Assembly: GCA_038146885.1 (NCBI GenBank)
Contig: JAYQSM010000005.1
Coordinates: 247,219 to 311,218, forward strand
Length of the DNA stretch: 64,000 nt
Direction of reading: 5' to 3'
DNA from: Rhodospirillaceae bacterium
GTDB lineage: Bacteria; Pseudomonadota; Alphaproteobacteria; MPNO01; UBA2964
Each line of letters opens with the position of its first letter. Positions within the stretch are counted from its first letter, which is position 1. Both the position numbers and the translations under genes were made by a program. This document shows, one piece after another, positions 29,320 to 44,613 of this stretch. The notes beneath the pieces were generated by a model. It saw only the letters and a list, made by a program, of their open reading frames with translations, did no database searches and had not been told where the DNA came from.

Positions 29320-30285
29320 GTGGAAAATATTGTGGACCATTCAGTGGGCTCAGAGGCGTTGGACGAGAGAGATATAGTTATTCCTCGGCGACGTAGTATT
29401 TCTCAAAAGACGCTTAATCGTTCCATAACGTGCGAAGGTATTGGCCTCCACTCAGGTGCCTCCATTAAAATGACGCTGCATCCCTCCAAGGTTGGAACTG
29501 GGATCGTGTTCTTCCGTTCGGATATCGGAAAATCCGGATACATCCCAGCCCGTTGGGAAAACGTAACTGAGACTACATTAGCTACCACCATATCGAATGT
29601 TTCTGGCGTATCGGTTGGAACAGTAGAACATCTTATGGCTGGTCTCGCGGGATGTGGCATCGACAACTTGTTGATAGAAATAGATGGTCCGGAAGTCCCC
29701 GCTATGGATGGTAGTGCTGCGCCCTTCGTTGCCTTGATAGAAGTGGCAGGTATAAGAATTCAAAATGCTCCAAAGAGGGCAATAAAAATCAAAGATACAA
29801 TTCAGGTTAGCTCGTCTGAAAGCTTCATCAAGTTATCACCATCCGACACCTTCGGGGTTTCTTTTGAAATAGACTTCGATAAAACAAGTTTAGCAAGGCA
29901 ATCCCTAGACATGCCGCTTATGAATGGTGCATTCAAAAAAGAGATTGCAAGTGCGCGAACCTTTGGCTTTGCAAGTGATGTGGAAGCAATGCGGAATGCT
30001 GGCTTAGCACTGGGGGGATCTCTCGACAACGCCATAGTAATAGCGGATGACACTATCCTTAATAAAGGCGGACTGCGTTATGAAAACGAGTTTGTCCGTC
30101 ATAAAATACTTGATTGTGTGGGCGACCTATATCTGGCCGGCGCGCCAATTCTGGGCAAAATTTCTGCCTATCGGTCTGGACACTCGTTAAACCATGCGCT
30201 CTTAAGATCCCTATTCAAAAATGAGGATGCATGGTCGTATGAAGATCTAAAGACCGCGGTGACACCTGGGACTGCCCATAATTAG
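29320..30285 (+). CDS. lpxC: UDP-3-O-acyl-N-acetylglucosamine deacetylase
   Basis: QKTL...C.GIGLHSG....MTLHP, TVEHLMAGLAGCGIDN, EVPAMDGSA.PF, FVRHKILDCVGDL.L.G....G...A.RSGH.LN. GTG start 5 nt after an AAGGAG RBS. Confidence 0.93.
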   Translation: MENIVDHSVGSEALDERDIVIPRRRSISQKTLNRSITCEGIGLHSGASIKMTLHPSKVGTGIVFFRSDIGKSGYIPARWENVTETTLATTISNVSGVSVGTVEHLMAGLAGCGIDNLLIEIDGPEVPAMDGSAAPFVALIEVAGIRIQNAPKRAIKIKDTIQVSSSESFIKLSPSDTFGVSFEIDFDKTSLARQSLDMPLMNGAFKKEIASARTFGFASDVEAMRNAGLALGGSLDNAIVIADDTILNKGGLRYENEFVRHKILDCVGDLYLAGAPILGKISAYRSGHSLNHALLRSLFKNEDAWSYEDLKTAVTPGTAHN

Positions 30286-30442
30286 GCTCGGAACGGGGTA
30301 GTTTAATTCAGAATTCTGGCATCTAAACCAAAAACAATTCTATCACAAAGTTCGTTAAAGACCGTTGGCCTGACACACTGACAAAAGGCTATAATAATCA
30401 CTCTTGTGCGGGTACCCGACTAAAAACATACACGACGGTTAG

Positions 30443-31267
30443 ATGCGAACGCGACATAAAATGACATTCCATAAAAACCTCTTGGCAACTATTCTGAGTT
30501 TATTTTTGGTTAGCTGCGGAACAACCGATAAAAAAGAATATATTGAGCGGGGTGCTTCTGAGCTCTACAATGATGGGGTTTTAGCCCTGGAAAAAAGAAG
30601 GTGGGAAGAAGCAACGAACTTTTTTGGGGAAGTCGAACGCCAGCATCCGTATTCCCAATGGGCCACGAAATCTCAATTGATGACTGGATTCGCTTATTAT
30701 CAATCTAATAATTACTCTTCTGCAATAATCTCCCTAAACAGGTTTATCCAGCTGTATCCAGGCAACAAAAGCATCGATTATGCCTACTATCTAAGGGCCT
30801 TGTGTTACTATGAACAAATTTCTGATGTCTCCCGTGACCAACTATTCACGATTCGAGCTCTCGAGGCTCTTCGGGAAGTCATAAAGAAATTCCCGAAAAC
30901 CAAATATGCGAGAGACGCCAGCCTTAAAATCGATCTGACAAACGACCACTTGGCCGGAAAAGAAATGACCGTCGGCAGATATTACCAAAAAAGCGCTCAT
31001 CACCTCGCCGCCATTAATCGCTTCAAAGAGGTTATTAAAAAATACCAAACGACAAGCCATGCTGCCGAAGCGCTTCATCGCCTTGCTGAATGTTACATAG
31101 CTGTTGGCATGCAAGAAGAGGCCCGCAAAGTGGCGGCTGTTTTGGGATACAATTACCCCGACAGTGAGTGGTACGCGGACACATACGCTTTAGTCACAGG
31201 CACAAAAAAGTCCGTCGTCAAGAATAATTCGGGTATTTTGCGACGCACCTGGAATTCATTGTTCTAG
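30443..31267 (+). CDS. bamD: outer membrane protein assembly factor BamD (lipoprotein, TPR-like)
   Basis: Lipobox LFLVSCG. ELYNDGVLALEKRRWEEA...F..V.RQHPYS.WA.KSQLM.GFAYY and YP......DYAYYL are the BamD/YfiO pattern. Confidence 0.88.
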   Translation: MRTRHKMTFHKNLLATILSLFLVSCGTTDKKEYIERGASELYNDGVLALEKRRWEEATNFFGEVERQHPYSQWATKSQLMTGFAYYQSNNYSSAIISLNRFIQLYPGNKSIDYAYYLRALCYYEQISDVSRDQLFTIRALEALREVIKKFPKTKYARDASLKIDLTNDHLAGKEMTVGRYYQKSAHHLAAINRFKEVIKKYQTTSHAAEALHRLAECYIAVGMQEEARKVAAVLGYNYPDSEWYADTYALVTGTKKSVVKNNSGILRRTWNSLF

Positions 31268-31278
31268 GTTTTACCAAG

Positions 31279-36882
<5,604 letters not shown>

Positions 36883-37040
36883 CGAAACCGAAACCCTGTT
36901 TCATATATGTTCATACCAAATCCACCAAAAAGACTTCGATAAGTCGGTTAGAATTTTCCAGAAGAACTCCCCTCTACAACTTTGGCATTCAATTTTTTCC
37001 TTTTGTGGAGCTTAGCTCCATACTTGGACTAAACTGCATT

Positions 37041-37910
37041 TTACTTGGAGCGTACAAGTCGGATCGCTGACCAACCACCGATATCGAGCCTATCTCGCAT
37101 CTCAAATCCAGAAGCCAGCCAAGCATGTGTCAAAGGGTCTACTTGAGAATTAAGAACACCAGATAGAACGGCCCAACCATCCAAACTAATCACAAACTTC
37201 GCTTTGGGGGATAATTTCATCAATGGTGCATGTAGAATATTTGCCGTACAAAGATCAAACCCACTTTGATCTGGCCAACCATCCAAAGTCAAAAACTCCA
37301 CCCCTTTCCCGACGCCATTTTCGGTCATATTCGCCTTTGCAGTCTCAACAGCTACTGGATCTATATCGGTCGCCAGAACCGAGAGGTTGGGCCAAAGTTT
37401 TTTCATTGCGATCGCTAAGATCCCGCTACCACTCCCTAAGTCAATAGCCCGGCGTGGGATATAACCGGAAGCCTCCAACAACTCTAATTGTCGCAGACAC
37501 CCTATAGTAGTGGCGTGGCCGCCGGTACCAAAAGCAAGCCCAGCATCTAGACATATGGCCAGTTTATCGCTTGGAACTGGCCCCTTAAAGTGCGACGGAT
37601 AGACGAAAAAACAACCGGCAGTGATGGGCTTTGTGTTCCTACGATATAGGCTGACCCAGTCCGTCTCGGGATCTTTATTCACAGACAGTGAATACTCTCC
37701 CAGCCCACAAATTTCTGAGAGCTTAAACTCCAATTCAGATTGGCTTGGTTCCATTCCGTATTGAAGTAAAACTTCCCACCGGCCATCCTGCAGGCATTCG
37801 CGAATAATAATTGCGGACGCATTAGCCGACAAACATTCCTCTGCCATCCCGGCCTGTTCGGGACCCGCCAAAATAACGGAAGCAAACCAAACCTCCTCCA
37901 CTAAACGCAC
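37041..37910 (-). CDS. prmA: ribosomal protein L11 methyltransferase
   Basis: 289 aa. FGTGGHATT, the SAM motif IDLGSGSGILAIA, and ATDIDP.AV..A..N are PrmA hallmarks. GTG start overlaps the end of uvrD. Confidence 0.85.
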   Translation of the reverse strand: MRLVEEVWFASVILAGPEQAGMAEECLSANASAIIIRECLQDGRWEVLLQYGMEPSQSELEFKLSEICGLGEYSLSVNKDPETDWVSLYRRNTKPITAGCFFVYPSHFKGPVPSDKLAICLDAGLAFGTGGHATTIGCLRQLELLEASGYIPRRAIDLGSGSGILAIAMKKLWPNLSVLATDIDPVAVETAKANMTENGVGKGVEFLTLDGWPDQSGFDLCTANILHAPLMKLSPKAKFVISLDGWAVLSGVLNSQVDPLTHAWLASGFEMRDRLDIGGWSAIRLVRSK

Positions 37911-40168
37911 TCGACGAAGCTTGCCATAACCTTTTTTGTCCCCGCTTTTTCAAATGCGATTTCGAGTTTTCCACCCTCAGAATTAATCACCTTCCCGTAA
38001 CCAAATTTTTGATGAAAAACCCTCGTTCCCTCCGTTATGGAATTATCAGAAGCGCTTTCTGAGATTCGCTGCGTTTTGCCCTCAATGATTGAAGTTCTTG
38101 GTCTTACTCGCTGCCAACGTTTGAACCCCGGTCCTCTCTCTTTTCCATCCCAGTCGATGCCACCCGGATATGACTCACCATAACCACCTAAGGACGGCAA
38201 TCCACCAGCAACACCGGTCTCTGATGAAGTTTCCAGTTCGTCAGAGGGAAGTTCCTCAACAAACCGAGACGGTATGCAACTTTGCCATTGATTGTAGACA
38301 CGCCTGTTGGCAACAAACGAAATGTAGGCTCTCTGACGGGCGCGTGTAAGCCCGACATAGGCGAGCCTCCTCTCTTCCTCCAGAGCCGCGGCTCCTCCCT
38401 CATCAATGGACCTCTGGTTTGGAAAAGTTCCCTCCTCCCATCCCGGCAGAAAAACGTGGTCAAATTCTAGACCTTTAGCTGCATGCAGTGTCATCAAGCT
38501 GACCATTTCTCCTCCATCAGTTTCTCCTGCCTCCATCACGAGACTGACATGTTCTAAAAACCCCGGCAGCGTATCAAACTCCTCAAGTGCAGAAATCAAC
38601 TCCTTCAGGTTTTCCAACCTGCCAGGAGCTTCCGGTGATTTATCCCTTTGCCACATTTCAGTGTAGCCAGACTCATCTAAAACCAATTCTGCGAGATCCA
38701 CATGGCTCTTTACATCTAGCTGCTGCCTCCACCTATCAATGTCTTTCAGAAGACGGGAGAGCGCCCGACGCGTCTGAGGCCGAAGCTCATCTGTTTCAGC
38801 CAGCCTCCGCGCGGCTTCAATTGTCGCGATATTTTCGGCCCGGGATAGCTGATGAATCATTTGCAAAGTGGCCGTGCCAATTCCTCGACGCGGCGTATTT
38901 ATTATTCGTTCGAAGGCCAGTCCATCACTGGGACTATTAATTATTCGCAGATACGCAATTGCGTCCCTGATCTCCATTCTCTCGTAGAAACGGGGTCCGC
39001 CAATGACTCGATACGGTGTGCCGGTGGTTATGAACCTCTCTTCGAATTCTCGCATTTGAAAAGATGCACGCACCAAAACCGCAATCTCATTGAGGGACGA
39101 ACCCTTTCTTTGAAGTGCCTCGATATTCTCTTCGATTTCCCGAGCCTCTGTTTCACCATCCCAAACGCCCCGAAGTATAACTTTCTCTCCGGGGTCGGAC
39201 TTTGTCCAAAGGGTTTTTCCCAGCCGCCCCGCATTGTGCGAAATCAATGCCGATGCCGCCGCTAGGATTTCAGGCGTGGAACGGTAATTTTGTTCTAACC
39301 TTACGATCTGAGCTCCCTCAAAATCTCGTTCAAATTTCAAAATATTGCCGATTTCGGCACCGCGCCAGCTATAGATCGACTGGTCATCGTCGCCCACACA
39401 ACAGATATTTCTGTGCCCCATGGCAAGTAACCGTAGCCAAAGATATTGAGCCACATTGGTATCTTGGTATTCGTCAACCAGGACGTAATGAAATCGTCTC
39501 TGGTAATCCGATAAAATATCATTATCGGAGGTAAAAATTGTTAAATTATGGAGTAAAAGATCACCAAAATCGCACGCGTTTAAAGTCGTGAGCCGCTTCT
39601 GATAATCCTTATACAGGTCGATCACCCTACCATTCGCAAAGTCCCCGGCCTCGGCCACGGATACTTTGTCAGGGGTTAAACCCCTGTCTTTCCAACGTTG
39701 AATGATGCTTGCTATCGCTCTGGCCGGCCATCGGGCATTATCTATATTTTCAGCTTCCATTAATTGTTTGAGAAGCCTTATCTGATCATCAGTGTCGAGT
39801 ATCGTGAAATTTGCCGAGAGCCCTACCGCTTCAGCGTGGCGCCGCAGAATGCGTGCTGCAACCGAATGGAAAGTACCAATCCATAAGCCTTCAGCGGCCG
39901 GTCCAGCGAGGTGAGCAACCCGGTCACGCATTTCTCGCGCGGCCTTATTCGTAAATGTTACGGCCAGTATCTGGCTTGGAAAAACCCGCCGAGAAGCCAG
40001 AATATGTGCTAGACGCGTCGTTAAGACCCTGGTCTTGCCGGTGCCGGCTCCAGAAAGAACGAGAATAGGACCATCAAGCGCTTCAACTGCAGCCCTCTGT
40101 TCTTCGTTTAAATCGTTGAGATACCCAGGTACCCCCGGAGCGGGGATTGGCTCACTAACGTTCCTCAT
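37901..40168 (-). CDS. uvrD: ATP-dependent DNA helicase, UvrD/PcrA/Rep family
   Basis: LN.EQ..AV....GP.LVLSGAGTGKTRVLT (motif I), TFTNKAAREM, DEYQDTN, VGDDDQSIYSWRGA, LEQNYRST, TLHAAKGLEF..VF and VGLTRA cover the complete SF1 motif set. Confidence 0.93.
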   Translation of the reverse strand: MRNVSEPIPAPGVPGYLNDLNEEQRAAVEALDGPILVLSGAGTGKTRVLTTRLAHILASRRVFPSQILAVTFTNKAAREMRDRVAHLAGPAAEGLWIGTFHSVAARILRRHAEAVGLSANFTILDTDDQIRLLKQLMEAENIDNARWPARAIASIIQRWKDRGLTPDKVSVAEAGDFANGRVIDLYKDYQKRLTTLNACDFGDLLLHNLTIFTSDNDILSDYQRRFHYVLVDEYQDTNVAQYLWLRLLAMGHRNICCVGDDDQSIYSWRGAEIGNILKFERDFEGAQIVRLEQNYRSTPEILAAASALISHNAGRLGKTLWTKSDPGEKVILRGVWDGETEAREIEENIEALQRKGSSLNEIAVLVRASFQMREFEERFITTGTPYRVIGGPRFYERMEIRDAIAYLRIINSPSDGLAFERIINTPRRGIGTATLQMIHQLSRAENIATIEAARRLAETDELRPQTRRALSRLLKDIDRWRQQLDVKSHVDLAELVLDESGYTEMWQRDKSPEAPGRLENLKELISALEEFDTLPGFLEHVSLVMEAGETDGGEMVSLMTLHAAKGLEFDHVFLPGWEEGTFPNQRSIDEGGAAALEEERRLAYVGLTRARQRAYISFVANRRVYNQWQSCIPSRFVEELPSDELETSSETGVAGGLPSLGGYGESYPGGIDWDGKERGPGFKRWQRVRPRTSIIEGKTQRISESASDNSITEGTRVFHQKFGYGKVINSEGGKLEIAFEKAGTKKVMASFVECV

Positions 40169-40363
40169 ACAACTAGTCCCTGGTATCTCTGTAGGCGCTG
40201 AACTCCGCCCATACTATAACTAAACTTTCCGGCGAATCGAACCAATCGGACCGAGAACCGGTCGCGTCAATTAACGCGTTTGCCCGGAATTACAAGCTCT
40301 CAGTTAATGAAGATACTCTGCGATGACCTTTTCCTTGATCCAGCCAGATATTGTTGCAAAACA

Positions 40364-41761
40364 TTACTTAAGGCTTAAGCGCGCTTTTGCCATTATATTC
40401 AGTGCTTTAAAAGGGTCTTCGATACGAGGAAATGTTGGGATCCCTAGAGGCTCGAGGAAATTGGTTGCGACACGATTGCTATTTTCATCGCCCGAGTAAG
40501 ATACGTAAATAGGTTTATCTGGAAACTCTGCGGCCAACTCGGGAATGAACTCAAGACTCATCGGCCCCAGTTCCTCTGCAAGAATAAGAATGGTTATCAG
40601 AGAGTCCACTCTTGGGTCTTGGAGTAGGGCCCGCATTGCCTCTCTCCAGGCAAACTCCATTCCGTAGACTGTCGCTGACGGGAAGACATCTGTGGGATTT
40701 GAAACTCGAATAAAGGGCGGAGAAATATCTTTTAATCTGTTGTAAGTTTTCGAAGAGGGTTCTGGGAATTTCAAGATTGTATGTCGTTTACACATGTCAG
40801 AAATGTGGACGATAAAAGCCCCTGAGGGTGACACAAAGCCAACCCTCGGCCCCTTTGGTACTGGCATAAAAGCGGCCGCTTTGGACGCCAAAAACAATTC
40901 GGAAAACTCGTTCAGTCTAACGACTCCTGCCTGGGCAAATGCACCATCCAAGACGTTATCGTTTGAACTCAGAGATGCTGTGTGAGACTGGGCAGCCCGT
41001 GCACCAGCATCCGTTGAACCTCCTTTCAAGATGATGAGCGGCTTTTCTCGAGTTACGGCCTTTGCCAGACCCAAAAATTTTTTAGGGCGAGCCAGACTTT
41101 CGAGATACATCAAGACTGTCTTCGTCTCAGGATCTTGGGCCAGATATTCGAGGACATCGCACTCATCTATGTCGATGGCATTACCCAAACCGACACATCT
41201 GGCAACTCCATAGTGCTCTCCCGATATTATGGAACGCATCATAGCACCGGTGAAATTTCCAGTCTGCGCGACAAAGGACACGGTCCCCTCGGGAATTTTA
41301 CCCAAAGGAAAGAAACTTGATGTAAAATTTGCAGAGGTCGAAATATGACCGGCGGTATTGGGACCCAAAACCCGGATCCCCGTGTTTTCAATTATCCGTT
41401 CTAACTCAATTTGTAAATTTTGGCCTTCAAGATCTACTTCTGCAAATCCACCTGCTGCCAAAACAACGGTTTTAATTCCCTTCGACGCACAATCCTTCAA
41501 CACCTGAGGTGCAGCTGATGCCGGTAACAAAACGATACCCATATCAATACCGTCAGGAAGCTCTAAAATGGACCGATATACTCGGCACCCCAGAATCTTC
41601 CCTCCCCGAGGATTTACTGGACAGATAGGGCCTGAATATCCATTTGCGACCATATTTTCTATTACGGTGTAACCAGGGCGGCCCGAGGTCGCAGAAGCGC
41701 CAATAACCGCAACCCCTTTTGGGTTAAAAAAACTCTCAAGATCTGACACTATCGTCCCCAC
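40364..41761 (-). CDS. CoA-binding / succinyl-CoA-synthetase-like protein (ADP-forming acyl-CoA synthetase alpha-type)
   Basis: VAVIGAS...GRPGY.V..N....Y.G.I.PVNP, LAAGGFAE, RVLGPNT.G and AAQSHTASLSS (phospho-His context) are as in NDP-forming acetyl-CoA synthetase alpha domains. No ATP-grasp beta domain is adjacent. Confidence 0.75.
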   Translation of the reverse strand: MGTIVSDLESFFNPKGVAVIGASATSGRPGYTVIENMVANGYSGPICPVNPRGGKILGCRVYRSILELPDGIDMGIVLLPASAAPQVLKDCASKGIKTVVLAAGGFAEVDLEGQNLQIELERIIENTGIRVLGPNTAGHISTSANFTSSFFPLGKIPEGTVSFVAQTGNFTGAMMRSIISGEHYGVARCVGLGNAIDIDECDVLEYLAQDPETKTVLMYLESLARPKKFLGLAKAVTREKPLIILKGGSTDAGARAAQSHTASLSSNDNVLDGAFAQAGVVRLNEFSELFLASKAAAFMPVPKGPRVGFVSPSGAFIVHISDMCKRHTILKFPEPSSKTYNRLKDISPPFIRVSNPTDVFPSATVYGMEFAWREAMRALLQDPRVDSLITILILAEELGPMSLEFIPELAAEFPDKPIYVSYSGDENSNRVATNFLEPLGIPTFPRIEDPFKALNIMAKARLSLK

Positions 41762-41858
41762 TAAGATTAAACGCAGTTCTTAATCTATTAAAAATATTGC
41801 ACAACAGCAGGTTCGAAGACGATAATCAAATGACTTTGACATTATATGAGATACACGC

Positions 41859-42914
41859 ATGGCAGACACATTAAGCCTTCCCAAAAATCCCATCGGTGGG
41901 CCCGCAGCGTGGAAAGGCGAGCAAATCCAGAATTCTGACGATTGGGTTTACCGATTAACTGAAACGGACATTCTTGAACTAGAGAGCGCTCTTCTCACGT
42001 GGCAAACCAAAAAAAAGTCCCTGTTTCAGGGGACGCAGAACGATTTTCCGCTCGACTCTTTTGGGAAGAAGCTGGCAGACATTCGAGAAGAACTGGAGAC
42101 AGGACGTGGCCTTGTTCTTATCCGGGGCCTACCTGTTTCCAAATGGGGGGAAGAGAATTCTACAGCGGTTTACTGGGGTATAGGGCAACACCTTGGCACA
42201 CCAGTAGCGCAAAATATGATGGGAGAACTGTTGGGCCATGTTCAGGCAGCTGCCACCGAGGACTGGGATAAAAACCATAATGTCCGAGGCTATCAAACCA
42301 CGGTCCACCTGCCCTTTCATTGTGATAAATCGGATATTGTCGCCCTACTCTGTCTGCAAACAGCAAAGGCTGGTGGAACGAGCAACATTTCCAGTTCGGT
42401 TACAATACATGACGAAATCCTCAACACTCGGCCTGATCTTCTCGAAGCGTTATACAAACCATTCTGTATTGACCACCGCGGCGAAGAATTTCCGAACGAA
42501 CTTCCATTTTACTCAGCGCCCACCTTCGCGATTCATCAGGGAAGATTTTTCTCCCGGTTCGGCATGAAATATGTCGAAAGCGCGCAACGATACGAGAGCG
42601 TGCCGCGGCTCTCCCCACGTGAAATTGAGGCGATGGGATATTTCAACGAATTGGCGATGAGAGAGGACATCAGACTTGATATGGAGTTCGAGCAAGGGGA
42701 TATACAGATCCTAAACAATCACTTGATGGTCCATAGCCGAACTGACTACGAAGACTGGCCAGAACCAGAACGCAGGCGGCATTTAGTTCGGATGCTTCTG
42801 TTTACTGCTGGCTACTCAGATGAGAGCGTGCCGCCAGATTTTGCGGACCTCAATCGGTTTATCCGCCGCTGGGGTGAGGAGCCCAGAGAGAGTGCTCTTG
42901 TAAAAAAACAATAG
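41859..42914 (+). CDS. TauD/TfdA-family Fe(II)/2-oxoglutarate dioxygenase
   Basis: 351 aa. HLPFHCDKSD carries the His-x-Asp facial-triad context, and a distal LMVHSRT His follows. Length and layout resemble SyrP/TauD-like orphan dioxygenases. Confidence 0.75.
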   Translation: MADTLSLPKNPIGGPAAWKGEQIQNSDDWVYRLTETDILELESALLTWQTKKKSLFQGTQNDFPLDSFGKKLADIREELETGRGLVLIRGLPVSKWGEENSTAVYWGIGQHLGTPVAQNMMGELLGHVQAAATEDWDKNHNVRGYQTTVHLPFHCDKSDIVALLCLQTAKAGGTSNISSSVTIHDEILNTRPDLLEALYKPFCIDHRGEEFPNELPFYSAPTFAIHQGRFFSRFGMKYVESAQRYESVPRLSPREIEAMGYFNELAMREDIRLDMEFEQGDIQILNNHLMVHSRTDYEDWPEPERRRHLVRMLLFTAGYSDESVPPDFADLNRFIRRWGEEPRESALVKKQ

Positions 42915-43116
42915 CTGCATTCTGCCTTAACCTTCAGGAAGATAATGCAGAAAAGACTTATCTCCCGTTCCAATAACTTTGGGGTCTTGAGCAACGAAGC
43001 AAGTCAAGTCAGTGATATTCTGGTTAAATTTGTGGAACCAGACCGATACTGGATTCCGGGCCCGTATCTCGGGTCGCTCTGCCGGCCTTAAAGCAGTCTA
43101 TTTGAGAACGAAAGCG

Positions 43117-43866
43117 ATGTCTGATTCCGACCCAGAAGAAACATATGTCAGAGGTGCCACCCTACGCTTTGGAGATAACTTAATTTTCGAAAGTATTAGT
43201 TTGGATCTAGTTATTGGCGGCTGGACTTGCTTATTGGGCCAAAGTGGGGTCGGGAAGTCGTCCTTACTACGGTTAATCGCTGGGCTTGAGCACAATGCGA
43301 CAGCAATTGAACGGAAAGCCGCAGGAATAACTGATGGAACTCAAAATACAGCCTACATGGCGCAGCAGGATCTGCTGATGCCATGGTTAACTCTAGCAGA
43401 AAATGTATCCATAGGCGCAAGGCTCCGAAATGAGGCCAAAAAGGGCAGCCTTGAACGCGCTTGTCACCTCTTGGATCGTGTCGGATTGGGCGATCAAGCA
43501 GAAACCTACCCTGATGCCTGTTCAGGGGGGATGCGACAAAGGACAGCGCTGGCAAGAACTCTTTTCGAAAATCGGGAGGTCGTGTTGATGGATGAGCCCT
43601 TTTCATCGGTCGATTCCATTACCCGGTTGGATCTCCAAGATTTGGCGTCCGAAATTCTGTTTGGCAAAACAGTGCTATTAGTAACGCACGATATACAGGA
43701 AGCCCTAAGGCTTGGGGATAAGGTCGTTGTAATGAAAGGGCGTCCAGCGAATTTAGAAATAATCAGTCAACTCCCAGAAGGGTCGACGCCAAGAGCTGTA
43801 GACAATGCTGGAATGGCAGTCGCGCAAGCGGAGATCTTACGTTTGATTGGCGGAAACAGTGTTTAG
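43117..43866 (+). CDS. ABC transporter ATP-binding protein (NitT/TauT nitrate/sulfonate/taurine type)
   Basis: Walker A GQSGVGKSSLLRLIAG, signature SGGMRQRTALARTL, Walker B VVLMDEPFSSVD, H-loop VTHD. ATG 43117 is preferred over the listed 43012. Confidence 0.88.
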   Translation: MSDSDPEETYVRGATLRFGDNLIFESISLDLVIGGWTCLLGQSGVGKSSLLRLIAGLEHNATAIERKAAGITDGTQNTAYMAQQDLLMPWLTLAENVSIGARLRNEAKKGSLERACHLLDRVGLGDQAETYPDACSGGMRQRTALARTLFENREVVLMDEPFSSVDSITRLDLQDLASEILFGKTVLLVTHDIQEALRLGDKVVVMKGRPANLEIISQLPEGSTPRAVDNAGMAVAQAEILRLIGGNSV

Positions 43867-44590
43867 AACAGCTCGCGCTCTATTAGTTTTTTCAGGTCTA
43901 CTCTTGATTTGGCAGCTGATTGTCTCGGGGACAGGTGCCCCTGATTATATTCTCCCAGGTCCTTTAAAGGTACTAGCAGCCTTCGGAACACATTATGACT
44001 CGTTAATCGAGAACTCCTTAATCACCTTCTCTGAAATCATAGCAGGTCTAGTCTTGGGAACTCTGCTCGGCTTTTTAAGCGCTTTGCTAATGGTTCTTTG
44101 GCGGAAAACAGAGAGTTGGTTGTTGCCAGTTTTGGTTGTAAGCCAAGCCCTTCCCGTTTTCGCTATTGCACCAGTTTTAGTGCTGTGGCTGGGCTACGGT
44201 GCGGCTTCAAAGATCGCAATGGCGATACTTATCATATTTTTCCCTGTAACTGCGGCGCTTCACGATGGTTTAAAGAGAGCCGACCAGGGTTGGTTAGATT
44301 TAGCACGAGTCATGGGGGCATCTAACAGGCGGACGCTTCTTCTAATTCGATTGCCCGCCGCTATGCCTGCATTTGGCTCTGGTCTGAGAGTTGCTGCTGC
44401 TGTCGCCCCGATTGGGGCGATTGTCGGTGAGTGGGTGGGATCGAGCGCTGGACTCGGGTATTTAATGCTTCATGCAAATGCCCGATTGCAAATAGAGGTC
44501 ATGTTTGCTGCCCTTCTAATACTGGCTATTTTCTCTTGCATATTGTATTTCTCCATAGACGGGTTGTTACGCAGGTATATCCGCTGGTGA
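43847..44590 (+). CDS. ABC transporter permease (NitT/TauT type)
   Basis: 247 aa with about 6 TM helices and the EAA-like loop DGLKRADQGWLDLARVMGASNRRTLLLIRLPAAMP. It overlaps the ATPase gene end. TTG 43847 or GTG 43859 start. Confidence 0.88.
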   Translation: MAETVFRTARALLVFSGLLLIWQLIVSGTGAPDYILPGPLKVLAAFGTHYDSLIENSLITFSEIIAGLVLGTLLGFLSALLMVLWRKTESWLLPVLVVSQALPVFAIAPVLVLWLGYGAASKIAMAILIIFFPVTAALHDGLKRADQGWLDLARVMGASNRRTLLLIRLPAAMPAFGSGLRVAAAVAPIGAIVGEWVGSSAGLGYLMLHANARLQIEVMFAALLILAIFSCILYFSIDGLLRRYIRW

Positions 44591-44613
44591 CAAGCCAAAG
44601 ATCGGAGGAAAAC

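Noticed and set aside
40239-40258. GAAC...GAAC direct repeat upstream of uvrD as a possible alphaproteobacterial LexA (SOS) box.
   Set aside because: The spacer is 12 nt (GAAC-CAATCGGACCGA-GAAC), whereas the described alphaproteobacterial box is GTTC/GAAC-N7-GTTC/GAAC. I also found no such box ahead of recN.
42915-43116. Possible riboswitch, for example a TPP/THI-box given the NMT1/ThiY-like binding protein, in the 200-nt leader of the ABC operon.
   Set aside because: The leader has hairpins, but I could not find the conserved THI-box cores (CUGAGA and ACCUGAUCUGGAUAAUGCCAGCG-like), and I recognise no other riboswitch core. I leave it as unassigned leader; a covariance-model scan would be decisive.
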